DNA of 63,942 nucleotides, the filler included, from Reticulomyxa filosa (Eukaryota; Protista; Foraminifera): assembly GCA_000512085.1 (NCBI GenBank). It is 20 parts of 20 records of this genome, joined end to end, with 100 filler letters (N's around TTAATTAATTAA, not from the genome) between each part and the next. Parts side by side here need not be neighbours in the genome. Positions count along the whole stretch, not along the records: positions 50,993 to 52,541 come from ASPP01023122.1; positions 52,642 to 56,885 come from ASPP01007695.1; positions 56,986 to 58,435 come from ASPP01023127.1; positions 58,536 to 59,794 come from ASPP01001720.1; positions 59,895 to 61,216 come from ASPP01014048.1; positions 61,317 to 62,561 come from ASPP01016899.1; positions 62,662 to 63,942 come from ASPP01012001.1; 13 more parts are not named here. One strand, 5' to 3'. Positions 50,993 to 63,410 of this stretch are shown piece after piece. Position 1 is the first letter of the stretch, and every line of letters begins with the position of its first letter. A model generated the notes under the pieces. The model did not search any database. It saw nothing but the letters and a program-made list of their open reading frames with translations, and was not told where the DNA came from. The position numbers were made by a program, and so were the translations under genes.

Positions 50993-51733
50993 CACACTAA
51001 TGATGTTTATGGTATTGAATTTTCACAATTTAGTGGTGGTAGATATTTGTGTTCTGGATCATATGACAACACAATTCGTTTATGGGATGTTGAAACATCA
51101 AAATCATTAAATGTTTTCAATGGACATGAAAATGTTGTTTGGTGTGTTGATATTTCGCCATTACAAAGCAATAATAATAATGATAATAATAATAAAATGA
51201 ATAATATTGGTATGATTGGTGGAAATGGATATACAATTTGCTCTGGATCATTTGATAACACCATTCGAGTATGGGACATTGAAACAACCAAACAAGTCAA
51301 TGTACTCAAAAGACATACAGATTATGTGAGAAGTGTAAAATATGGATCAAATGAATTAATGAATACAATATTATCTGGATCAGATGATAAAAGTGTTCGT
51401 TTGTGGGATATTCGATCTGATAAACAAATCCAAGTGTTCAATGGACATTCAAGTAATGTGATGTGTGTTGAATATTCACCATTTGTAATAAAGAATAGTA
51501 TTGGTAATTCAAATGTGACATGTTCTGGATCATTGGATAATACAATTCGATTTTGGGATATTCGATCAAATAAAAATGAATTGTATATGATCAAAGGATA
51601 TGATGAAGAAGATTGTGGAATAATTTGTCTTAAAATTGTTGTATTGAAAAAAAAAGAGAAGACGATGAATGTTAAATATGACTTGCATTTATGTTATGGC
51701 TCAAGCAAAGGTTCCATTTGTATTTGGGGATAA
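50993..51733 (+). CDS. WD40-repeat protein, C-terminal part (Reticulomyxa-type)
   Basis: LCSGSYDNTIRLWDVET...DISPLQSNNNN...IGGNGYTICSGSFD...LCYGSSKGSICIWG. Confidence 0.92.
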   Translation, partial: HTNDVYGIEFSQFSGGRYLCSGSYDNTIRLWDVETSKSLNVFNGHENVVWCVDISPLQSNNNNDNNNKMNNIGMIGGNGYTICSGSFDNTIRVWDIETTKQVNVLKRHTDYVRSVKYGSNELMNTILSGSDDKSVRLWDIRSDKQIQVFNGHSSNVMCVEYSPFVIKNSIGNSNVTCSGSLDNTIRFWDIRSNKNELYMIKGYDEEDCGIICLKIVVLKKKEKTMNVKYDLHLCYGSSKGSICIWG

Positions 51734-52344
51734 TTGACTTTTTTGTTGAACAGAAAGAAAGTGTTTTTGCTTGAAAAGTTTTATTAAAAGAAAAGTGTTG
51801 CGATATTAAATTTTATTTGATTTGATTGAATGCTAGCATTTAAAGATGTTTTTTATCTTACTTTGTTGTTTAAAAAATTGAAAAAGCTGCGTTCAATGTT
51901 TTTGAAGAATTGAAAATTATAATAAATAAAAATTTTATCCAAATATTAAAATAATTTGCAAAAGATTTTAAGTATTGATATAATTGAAAATCTTTGAAAA
52001 TAAAGACGTTGAAAAAATATTTTTCAAAGAATCCGTTTACATTCATTCCTTATGTTTTTGGTAACAAGATATTTGTAATAGAAAAAAAAAAAGATAAATC
52101 AAAAAGCTTTATTCACACATGTTAATCCCCAAACATAAATTGGGCCTGATTAATGATATCCTAATTAGTGATGTATTTAAATTTTCATTTATATTTTTAT
52201 TTTCCTTTAAAACACATATTACAATCGTGTTCAATCTGTTAGTTTTTTAAAATTATTTTCGAATTTTGATAAAATTGTCTTTGATATATGACAGTTTATT
52301 AATTTTTTGAGTTTTTACTTTAACAATTGTTAGTAATTGTTAGA

Positions 52345-52455
52345 TAATTCTCCCCTGCAATCAGTGTTTCATTTATTTCTTCATGTTGTCTTCATCAATA
52401 TATTTCCATTGTCTCCATGTCCACAAATAATCATAATCAAACCATCATATTTATA
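52345..52455 (-). pseudogene. Caspase-like fragment
   Basis: KYDGLIMIICGHGDNGNIL (His-Gly motif) followed, after a deletion, by DCRGE. Confidence 0.6.
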
Positions 52456-52644
52456 TATATTTTCATGAAGTTATAATTTACAACTACAGTGGTTGCGAAG
52501 AAAACTGAACGCCTAAAACGATATCCTATGATGATAATTGANNNNNNNNNNNNNNNNNNNNNNNNNNNNNNNNNNNNNNNNNNNNTTAATTAATTAANNN
52601 NNNNNNNNNNNNNNNNNNNNNNNNNNNNNNNNNNNNNNNNNCAA

Positions 52645-52677
<33 letters not shown>

Positions 52678-52729
52678 TAATAAATAAAACAACAAAATAA
52701 AATAATACAAATTTTAACTCTCCCAAAGA

Positions 52730-53420
52730 TAAATTACCACAATGCTTTTTGGCTTTTTCTCCAAATTCCACAAACTGTTCCATTCACAATCATTGTGAAA
52801 CACACAAATCAATGCATATAATGCGGTCGTTCAAAGCTTCATTTTCAACTCAAGTCTTACACATAAACCTCATTGAAAGACATACCGCAGAATTTTTCCC
52901 TAATTTTTGAAGGCGATTGCTGGCCTTTTCGTGGTTATTGCAATAACTTTTTTTTTTATAATTTTTATTTTGTTCGTTTGGTTGAGTAGTATTCAAATGC
53001 TATCGAAAAAACTCAACTGTTGATACATTTTGAAGAAAGGGGTGAAGGTCAGAATGTTCGGACCAATTTTGGTGTTTGCATTGTCAAAATGTTCAACCTG
53101 CTGCTTTAGTTCTTGCAAAAATACCTTACTACAGTTAATGATGCTGGTGATATCAGGTGGAAATAATGTTGCGTAGTCTTCCTTACTCAGAATGCTGGCT
53201 GATTCCAATGGCTTGATAAAATAGGTTGTCAATTTTCTAGGCGATCTACATAGATCTCTTCACTACTTATCAATTCCATTACAGCCTTATTATTATTTTT
53301 TTTTTAATGTTGGTTTTGTATATTTTGCGGGATCGTTAATAAATGAAGAAAATAGTGTCACCTTTTCGCGGATTGCTGCCGCTTTTTCGCTGTTCGTAGG
53401 CTCGCTGTCGTCATGCAAAC
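52730..53420 (-). CDS. RhoGEF Dbl-homology (DH) domain protein (partial)
   Basis: IREK|AVMELISSEEIYVDRL, YFIKPL...LFPPDITSIIN....FLQEL, IG..IL...PFFKMY, YCNNHEKA and CGNLSL. Confidence 0.88.
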
Positions 53421-53762
53421 ACACACATGTTCATACACATGTGAAACAGGAGACTGAAAGATAAGGGAAATGAGTGAAATCAAACCATGTGGACATTATC
53501 AATCAAAGGGGCTTTATTTCTTGGAAATATCTCGAATAATTGTTGAATAAAATAGCTCATAATACAAAACGTATTAACAAGAGATTTTGCAGTAAAAGAG
53601 TCATTTACTGCGAAACAAGTTTAACAAAAAATTTCAAAACTTTGAGATATCGGTCACATAGAAAAACTGAAATCTTTCTGAGAAGGCATCACAAATATTT
53701 TGTGCCATCCGTCTTGTTGTTATCTTGTTTTTGCATTTTTTTTTTTCCCTTTTAAAAAAAAT

Positions 53763-55246
53763 TTACGCTTTTCCAGAGTTATGACCAGATTCGCTCCAAC
53801 CTTCATATTCGGTAAATCTTCCCAAAACCCAAACATCATCAATTTTTTGAGGGGTTTGTGGCAGTGCTGTTCTTAACGAGTTGGTGCAATAAAAGCGGAT
53901 AGCGGACTCAAGTGAGCAAGCACCTTTTTCATCTACAGACGGTGGATGATTGTAAATATCGGTAAGATTTAATTTGACCAAAACGATTTTGTCCAAATCG
54001 GCGTCAGTGTACGTACTTTCGTTGCCCTTTTTGAGTGAAGGACTGTCTTGTGTAGATTTGAATTGCGTGACTTTGGAGCCACTGACGTGTTGAAACAGTT
54101 TCCATCTGTCATAGGTGTTATTTTGTTTGTCGTCTTTCTCATTGTTGTTGTTGTTGTTTGTTTCAAAAGGATTGTGTCCAGTTTCGGTACTCTGTGCAAG
54201 TTCCTCTTCGCTGGCCAGCTTCCATTCCACACAAGAAGTCAGATATTTCAAATTCCTCGAAGAAGCTTGGATACACTTGTTGCAACTTTTTTTTTTTTTT
54301 TTAAAATAGTAAGGATAGTTGCAGTTATGGTATGTATGAATGTGATGATGAATGATGTTATGGAAGAGATACGAAAAAAAAAAAAAAAAATACACTTTTT
54401 GAAACTGCAAAAAACTCTTATTTTGTTCTTCGTAATAAACGCTTTGATGAATCAACGAACAACCCAAGGTATTACACTTGTCATAAACGACAAAAAGTTG
54501 ATCTTTATTCTTCCGCGTGACGAATAGAAAGGAGTAATGTTGACGATACGGAGGTATGCCGTGGCTAAAAATTTCCAATGTCGCCTTCGGACACCGCAGC
54601 AGATCGCGCAGTTTCATCACGGGGACGTAGCCATTACCGACGATCTTCACCGGAGTAAATTTCCCGCAAGGGTTTGGGATCATATTCATAAAGGTCAGCA
54701 ACGCTTCCCAATTGTGTACCTTCCCTGCCATTGGCATCCACAATTGTCTTATTTGCGTCACCTCATTCTTGTTCACGCTTTTGCGGATTGGGAGATTCAA
54801 TACACACTCAACCTATTCTCCTTGTACACGATTGCCATTCCAGTTACAACAACATCCAACACACATGCATACATTATCACAGCAGTTTGAACAGCATCAT
54901 CCATATACATACATATATATATATGTATGTATGTATATGTGTATATGTGTATATGTATATATGTATATGATCATCATCGGATTAGACATTATTATAAAAA
55001 AAAAAAAGAGGGGGGGGGGGGAAAAAAAAAGTTCATGGCCAACTAACTTCCGGTTCATTTGTTTTGGTGTTGACAGAAGGCACCAATTGAAAGAAAAGAT
55101 TATTAAGCGGATTTTGTGTGTCCAAATTGAGATACAACATTTGGTTTGAACGACCCAAGAGTTTTTGAAAGAAAGACTGAGTGGTCAACACTACTTTGAT
55201 TTGATTGACATTGAGTCCAAGTGTTGGATCGTTAGGACTGTCATTG

Positions 55247-55299
<53 letters not shown>

Positions 55300-55928
55300 G
55301 GGAAGAGTTGAAATCAATTCAATCTTTGACACATATGGCCTCTTGTAGTATTGCCATTGTTGGAAAATAGTGGCCCAATGGCGCTTCCCCGAATAAATGA
55401 ATGCGACAAATAAGGTCGCCGCAGCTATGGAACAACCCAGTGTAAAAGGGTAATACCAATTTCCAAAGTTTTTTGCTACAAAGGCTTCTCTGTCGTATTG
55501 GGTCAATAGATTGGCCAGAAACAACGGGACTGCTCCTCCAAAAAATAGTGATAACACTCCTATCGGTAGCCAATTTTGCGTGTCTTGCGTGCGCAGTTTG
55601 CACTCGTACAGTGTCCCTTTGTGCAACTCGCACTGCTCCTTATACCGCACCGGGTAACATAACAACGACGATGAAGGATTCGATTCTCGAACTTCTTTTC
55701 TTGGTAGTCTTGTATTCGGTTTAAATCGTTCTTTCGCAACTTGTACCGAAATTTGGGGCTTTTCACGCACAACTGTCTTTCCCTCTGCTTCTCTTTTTTT
55801 CCGCTTGTCTGTTGGACTTGAGAAGTAAAAGAGGAAAGAGACGATATGTATGGCTTCAAAGGACGACCGAATAATACCAAATGTCGTGGAGAATTCTGGA
55901 TCTGACTTACACTTGTCAAAGCACGCAT
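53763..55928 (-). CDS. Hypothetical, probably mitochondrial two-TM protein with a TMEM70/186/223-like N-terminal half and a long C-terminal part (may be two genes)
   Basis: Presequence-like start, two TM segments, RPYVSKIEL...LTTQSFF, and poly-Asn. In-frame intron 54286-54393. Confidence 0.45.
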
Positions 55929-56173
55929 TTCTATGAACAGTTTTTTTTTTATTACGCGTTTACCTTTTTTTTTTTTTGAAGAGCTTAAAAAAGAATGACG
56001 AGGGAAAAAACTATAAAAAGTGTATTCTTTTTAATGAAACGCTACAAAGATATACTTACTGTGTCGGGGAAAGAAAATTTTTTTTTATTTGCATATTGAT
56101 AATCATTTCTTTGAGTTAATTTTGATTAGAGCATATTTTCGTTCTTAAGAAGCAAATAATTATCTTGATAGAA

Positions 56174-56790
56174 ATGCGAGCACCACCACTGATGCCAACG
56201 GAGCCGGTGATACGTCCAGCAAAAGCGGAGCAGCGTAACTGCTGTGGAAAGATATCGCAATCGATAATGAATCGTTGTATTAGCTGCGGTGCTCATGGTT
56301 AGAGGGTAAAAAAAAGGAGGGTGGAATGAGCGAGAGTCAATTTATGTTTGCTTGTCTGCTTGTTAAATGTTGTTTTGGGCAATTGTGAGTGTGATTGGAG
56401 ACAGATGATTTTAAAAAAAAAATAAAAAAGGATGGTTTTTTACGCTATTTTGTGGATACATACTGGTTTCATCGTTGCCACGTATATTAGCTATTGTGGA
56501 CGTGATTATTACACTGTCAATTTTCCTGTCTAGTGGAGGTATCTACGAATGAAAGGGAGGAAGGTTTATTGTGCACAAGAAAAGAAAACAAAACAGCGAC
56601 ACAACAATCACGACAAAACAGAGGGGTCTTCAGTGTTGAACCACGTCCGAAAAGATGTGAAAGACTTTGGTTTTGAAAGAAGCACAATAGACGTGTGTGT
56701 ATTGGGATCGTTCGAAGTATAATATTATTCATTTGTTTCGCCTATCGATATCAACGTGAGGGCTATCGAAAGAATATCTATGTTATGTTA
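56174..56790 (+). CDS. Membrane protein N-terminus (partial, frameshifted)
   Basis: MRAPPLMPTEP exon, then hydrophobic ILAIVDVIITLSIFL and FGFERSTIDVCVLG/IVRSIILFICFAY. Confidence 0.35.
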
Positions 56791-56985
56791 TGTCATGGCA
56801 TTTTGTGTGTGTGTGTGTTAAATTTCTCTTTCATTTATTTATTTTAACCTTTGGGTAACGGTTTTTTTTTTTAAAAAAAAAAAAANNNNNNNNNNNNNNN
56901 NNNNNNNNNNNNNNNNNNNNNNNNNNNNNTTAATTAATTAANNNNNNNNNNNNNNNNNNNNNNNNNNNNNNNNNNNNNNNNNNNN

Positions 56986-58120
56986 TTTTTTAGTTTCCCT
57001 CCACAATGGTCCAAATGCGGTCGACGACACGGTAGTGTATTGGATGGGTCGGCATACGCTCGAACTTTGAAATAAGATATGTGTTCAAATACCAATTATA
57101 TTCACTAATCCAATTCGACAACGTTTTTCTGTCCAATACAAACAATACTGAATATTTTTCGTATTTGTATATTGTGTTGGTCTCTTTCACATCTTGGTCA
57201 TTTCCAAGCAAAACAAAAGATGTATACGTTGTAATGGCAACATAGCAAAAAAAAAAAAAAGAATAATACATGAAAATAAAACAATTTTATATTTTTGAAA
57301 AAGTATTTAACTCGTTGCTGTAAATCTCTTCATAATCAAGATAAAATCGCCCACTTCGAGAATATTTCTTCATTGTGATTGTCATTTGACAAATTATCTC
57401 TCTTGTGACAAATAAGACATGATCCTTTTTGGTGGTAAATTAGTTATTGCCGTTGTGATCCTTCATGTTGAATTCGTCCAATTCAATGTCAAACCGATTG
57501 TCTTTCCCAATGTATTTGATCACATCTGCAAAAAATCAACAGATTGTTTTTTTTAAGCTGTCAAAAATCGATATGCGATTCAATAAATGAAAACTAGAAA
57601 AAAGGGATTACAACATAACATAGACATGTATATATTTATATTATGTGTACATTATTTATACTTATGTATACATAATATGTACATATATTTAAAAAAAACA
57701 AATTCGCACTCGATTACCGTGTCTTGATTTTAAAAACAATTGCAAACTTTGTTGGAATTCATTAAGTTGACTTCTTTCCATTGTTAGGGGTTCTATAGGA
57801 TAGCCCTTTTTTATTTTTTTAAAAATAAATAAATTATATTTGCTAATCCGGTCACCACTCCTGCAATATCCAGAATTATGATTTTTGTTCCAATAGTATT
57901 AAGTTGAAGATTTACGTGCTTTGATAATGAATCATCGGGTTGATTGTGTTGTACACCTGCCTGTGGTTTTTCATCTATTTTCTTGGGTTTGGTATTAAAC
58001 ATTTCTCCCATTGATGATAATTCCGAAAAACAAGAACTTCTTTCTTTTTCGGTAATTGTTGCAGTTTTGCAGAAGAGCGCATTAAAGAAGGAATCCTCGA
58101 GAGGAGCTCCATGTTGTATA
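56986..58120 (-). CDS. Multi-exon hypothetical protein (partial)
   Basis: Coding-like segments (TKIIILDIAGVVT; YSVLFVLDRKTLSNWISEYNW) separated by introns. Confidence 0.35.
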
Positions 58121-59544
58121 CGTTTGGCTTGTCAGGTTGTTTGAAGAGAGAAAAGCCAAAAAACCACATTTGTAATGTTCAAGAGAACTTTTTCTAAAAA
58201 GGGAAAACTTTTTCTCTGAAAAAGAAAAGTCGTTACTCAAGAAAAAGTAATGATTATTCAAAAAAAAAAATTTGAATTTTTAATGATCTATTTTTGGAAT
58301 CACAAATGAAATAATAAACAAAAAATGTGAACAAATATTTTTTTCAAGTTATTTTGTCAAAATATTACAAAAAATTGTAAATTTACATCTTTTTAAATAA
58401 ATATTTATTAGTTGTGTGTTTACGTATTACTTAAGNNNNNNNNNNNNNNNNNNNNNNNNNNNNNNNNNNNNNNNNNNNNTTAATTAATTAANNNNNNNNN
58501 NNNNNNNNNNNNNNNNNNNNNNNNNNNNNNNNNNNTAATGCTTTACCATTAAAATATAAAGCTATGATTTGATTAATTTTTTCACACAAAAGACCTTATC
58601 ACGTTCAGCGTCTGTTACTATTTTTATGAATGTGTACATATCTTCTCCATATTTTTTGGGAATATTTGATCTATGTATTCGAATCTTATTGTGCAAAGAG
58701 TTGCTGCGTAAAAAAAAATTTGGGGAACTTTCTTGCCGAAACTATTTTGAATTTCATCGATAACATTACGTTGCGTTCATAGTAACAGAATAAATATTAA
58801 TAAAAAACAATCCTTAGAGCGCAATTGCGCAGCTGATCGTGATCACAAAAGTAGCAGGTCAAAAGCGTATCCAAGTGGTTCGCTACAAATTGGGAACAAC
58901 AAGAAAACCTCATCACTTTTTAGTTGGCTCACTATGCCAAAATTGAGCATCCGTAATGTTTCGACAATTGATTATCGATCGACGATACGTGTTCACAATA
59001 GAAGGGCAATCGAACATAAAAAAAGACAAGAGTTGAAAAAGGAGAAGATGTTGAAAGCCTTCGCAAAGAATGTGGCTGATGTAAGTGTATTATTGCATAA
59101 ATGTCTATATTTTACTACCGTTCGAAGTCGATTGGATTGTCTTACATGACGATACCCTTTCTCCACACATTGAACTAAAGAATGCATTGGTAAGGAGTTT
59201 TTGTAGTTTTTAGTTTTTTTCTGAAACAAAACTCTTTTGAACTTTCTGCAAATTTGTGTTAATTCAAAATAAGTGAAAATAGTTAAATTTTAGATAATTC
59301 CTATTTTTGTACTTCGTCAAGCAAAAAATCTTTAATCTTTTATATGAAATATCAATAAAAAAGCTAATTTGAATGTTTGTTTGAAATTGGTCTTTGTTTT
59401 AAAAAATTTCAAATCCTCATTTTGGGCAGGAATTTCCCGTGCCGTCACCTTTTCTCAATTTAAGGTCTATTTCAAGTGGAATTTCAAAATATGTATTGTA
59501 AATATCTGAAAGCGCTTAAATGTAGTTTATTTGAATTCATGTGA

Positions 59545-59755
59545 TATTAACTGCAAAAAAGGAGGTGTCTTTGGATTTCAGGAGCGCTTTGAGCAGATCA
59601 TAATCTCTGATAACTCTTTTTTTCAAGCAAATGTTGAATGATATCCCGACACTAAGCAGAAACGTTGTCTGGAAATTCGGAGTTGTAATCGAGAATTTTT
59701 TCATACAGTTTGCGATGTGGTTATGATGCGCGTCCCGAAGGGGGCCTTTGCCATC
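59545..59755 (-). pseudogene. AGC-type protein kinase C-lobe remnant
   Basis: LYEKILDYNSEFPDNVSA*CRDIIQHLLEKKSYQRL*SAQSAPEIQRH matches kinase subdomains X-XI, with two in-frame stops. Confidence 0.65.
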
Positions 59756-59894
59756 ACTGTTTGGATGATTGAGATCCTCACTTCTGTTACTTGTNNNNNN
59801 NNNNNNNNNNNNNNNNNNNNNNNNNNNNNNNNNNNNNNTTAATTAATTAANNNNNNNNNNNNNNNNNNNNNNNNNNNNNNNNNNNNNNNNNNNN

Positions 59895-60680
59895 TTCTTA
59901 TTATTCTTGTTATTGTTGTTGCTATCATTTTTATTATTTTTGTTTTTGTCTGCATTAGCATTAGCATTAGCATTAGCATTAGCATTAGCATTGGCATTAG
60001 CATTGGCATTGCGCGCGTTTTTGTCTTTGTTGGCTAAAAATGGGTTGCCAATCACTTCTCCACCTTTATCTACAGATTCAACTGCATTTACTGCTTTTTT
60101 CTCGCCCTCGTGTCCATTTTGAGCTGCATTGTTGCCTATTTTATTCAATGTACATAATCATGTATGTATATATATGTGTATATAATATATTGTAAAAGCA
60201 AGCACACGAATTAAAACCTGGATTTGGAATATTGTTATTATTGTTTGCGACGACAGTTGGGATATTGTTTGGATTTTTGTCATCTCTCACTGTGGATTGA
60301 GGTGGTGTATGTATGTGTGTATGTTCTTTGTATTATGGTAAAAAAAGAAAAAAAAAAAAAAAGTAAAGGAAAACAAACCACAAATTTTAAGCCAAGAAAC
60401 TTCCCCCGTTGGAGAGGACTCAGTGTTAATCCCGCCCCTCAGCTGATACACATTGAGTGTGGCCGACGCTTTGATGATGCCCGTGCACAAGTCGTCGATA
60501 TTGCATTTGGCCTTGGCCACCTCCATGTCGTCGATATTCGCACAATTGTCCTCCGCACATCCCGGCAAGTACCCTGCTTTTGGGCCTTCATACTCGCACC
60601 CTGCCTTGCAACAAAAGTTTACATCGCAACCAAATATTTTATGTTACCCCTCAAATCACAGTTCACTAGTTCTTGTAAAC
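59895..60680 (-). CDS. Cys-rich extracellular-type module plus an Asn-Ala repeat (partial)
   Basis: CEYEGPKAGYLPGCAEDNC...AKAKC....LCTGI...YQLRGG...SPTGEVSWLKIC, with an (NA)n tract at 59950-60012. Confidence 0.45.
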
Positions 60681-61489
60681 AAGTATTAAGTATATGTTTA
60701 TATGCATATACATATATATATATATATATGTATATGTATATGTATATATAGAATGATCAGAAGAGGAGAGAGATTAAGGATTGCTTCCTTTTGCATAGTT
60801 TGGACAAGTGTCCTCAACTCATTGGTATTGGTGCTTTATTTTTTTTTTTTTTTTTAAATTTGTTTGTATCAACCAACACACAAAATTTATTTTTAAAAGT
60901 ATAATGATCCATTTGCATTGTGTCTTCAAATTTTTGTTCCAACGCACACACAAAAAAAAAAAAAAAAGTGCAGTGCATGCACAACATCATAGTTTGATGC
61001 ATACATACGTCCTTTGGGAGGTGGCATTATTTCATTTGGCTGAATTACATGTCGAAAGTCTATTGTTTTTTGTTTTTTTTTTTTTATACAAAATTATCGT
61101 CAAAAAAAAAAAAAAAAAAAACCTAATAATAATATAACAATTATGAGATACCAGGCATTTTGTCTCGTGGCACTAATACCAATTTTCCATTGATTACTAC
61201 TTGCTTTGTGTCTGTGNNNNNNNNNNNNNNNNNNNNNNNNNNNNNNNNNNNNNNNNNNNNTTAATTAATTAANNNNNNNNNNNNNNNNNNNNNNNNNNNN
61301 NNNNNNNNNNNNNNNNTGTTTTGTGTTATACTATGAACGTTTTCTACATTTGCAAGTTTTTGAGGAGGAACCCCCCAGTGCATGGAGGGGGAGGGAATTT
61401 TTCGCATGTAAAAAAAAAAAAAAAAAAAAAAATTTAAATAATAATAACTGTAATTATAATGACAACATACAAATATACAAAATAAAAAA

Positions 61490-61726
61490 TGCAATGAACG
61501 AAGAATTCGACAAACAGACACGAGGCGCGACGATCATTGGCATTGGGATTGAGCACAAAGCAAGATATCAATTCGTTAGCGAAAGAAGGGATATACAAAA
61601 CTCCGATGCAAGCAATGAGGGAAAACTTGGGAAAGTCACAACTCAAAGATACTATGAAACATGAACTAAACGCTCGACCAACTCTCTCCTCTTTGGAAGA
61701 AGTGGGTATGTGTTTTTTCAATGTTT

Positions 61727-61761
<35 letters not shown>

Positions 61762-61884
61762 AATTTATTTATTTTATTTTTTTTTTATTTTTTGTGATTG
61801 GTTTGTTAAGTCAAACAATGTTGTGTTTGTCAACTTTAAACATGCGCAAGAAATCACGAATAGGAGATAAGTAATTTGCTCATG

Positions 61885-61915
<31 letters not shown>

Positions 61916-62532
61916 ATATATGCAAACAGGGATATTGAAATCTACAAGACAAGTGACGAAAGAGCAGTTGCAAAAATCCATTGTGAAGGACTCATTGAAA
62001 CAAGAAATGAAAGAGAGAATAGAGCCGGATGAATTGATGGAAGCAGGTTGGGATGTGTTCAAAGAAGCAACATTATAGCCTATCCTCTTCTATCGCACTA
62101 GTCTTTCTTTTTCCCAATTCTTTTTTCAATTTTTTAACTAAAAAGATCCAACTTATGAGATAATCAACCTTGCTAAAAAAAAAAAAAAAGGAATATTAAA
62201 GACCCCGTTGCAAGCTGTGAAAGAACAACTGCAGAAATCGCAAACAAAAGATCAATTGAAGTATGAAATTGAAGATAGAGCTGATTTAGAGGAAGTTACA
62301 CAATCAGGTGAGTTTTATGCTAGCAAAACAGTTGTATATTTCTTTTTTTTTTTTTTTTTGCTTTATGGACAAGTGAGAGAAAAAAAACAAACATCATACA
62401 CACACACACACACAGGTGTATTGAAAACTCCAATGCAAGCTGCGAGAGAACAATTGCGGAAATCACAAGCGAAAGATGTAGTCAAAAACGACTTAAACAC
62501 GCGCTCGGAAATTGCTGAATTGGAAGAATCAG
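61490..62532 (+). CDS. RPEL-like repeat protein (partial), one 39-aa repeat per exon
   Basis: L..R(P)...EL...GIL(K) repeats. Exons 61930-62046, 62191-62307 and 62416-62532 are each 117 nt. Confidence 0.8.
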
Positions 62533-62661
62533 GTGTGCTTTGTAAAAAAAAAAAGTTTCAANNNNNNNNNNNNNNNNNNNNNNNNNNNNNNNNNNNNNNN
62601 NNNNNTTAATTAATTAANNNNNNNNNNNNNNNNNNNNNNNNNNNNNNNNNNNNNNNNNNNN

Positions 62662-62697
<36 letters not shown>

Positions 62698-62734
62698 TCA
62701 TATTGAAAACAATGTAAACCTGCTCCATTCGGAC

Positions 62735-63410
62735 AATAAATGCGATGTAACGCGGATATATGTTGTGCAAATGCTTGATCACTGCTGTCGCATTGTAGTC
62801 CTTCACAACGTGGACAGTACGACATATACTCCATCTTCATTCCGTTTGATTGACGCGGGAGTATATACATATATGTACATATACATATACATATATATTT
62901 TTTACGACGTATGCATAATGATATACATATATATATATATAATGTATATGTATACGTATGTTTTTATATACATGCTTATTTTAGTTGCAACGTGCACACA
63001 CACATACACAGACGGACATACAAAAATCTCCTAAAATATTAAAATAGACACATGCATCAATTGCTCTAGCGTTTCCTTTTGTAAGCGTGCAAACATGTGT
63101 TATAAGTCCGATTTTATTTTGTTAAGTCAGGTTTGTTTCGTGTGTGCTTTTTCAACTCAAAATGTTACTTTTTTAAAAAAAAAATTGTTTATAATGTACA
63201 TGCTCGCACATGTGCCTGTGGCTGCATCGATGTGCTTTTGGTGTTGGAGGGAAGGGGGTGACTTATAGGCGGCTTTTTTCAAAAGCATAGACAACTCAAT
63301 AATCTTCTGAACTTGATGAGCGCTTACAACCGGAATATAAAGTAACGGTCGGATTCTTATCGCGTTTAAGTGAAAATCCGGGCCCATTTCGTCAAAATAT
63401 GTTCTCATGT
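62735..63410 (-). CDS. Multi-exon hypothetical protein (partial)
   Basis: Coding-like segments MRTYFDEMGPDFHLNAIRIRPLL and KDYNATAVIKHLHNIYPRY between microsatellite-rich introns. Confidence 0.35.

Noticed and set aside
1436-62661. Regularly recurring TTAATTAATTAA palindrome as a biological repeat or CRISPR-like array
   Set aside because: It is always centred in exactly 44+44 Ns, so it is an artificial contig-joining linker. Adjacency across it has no biological meaning.
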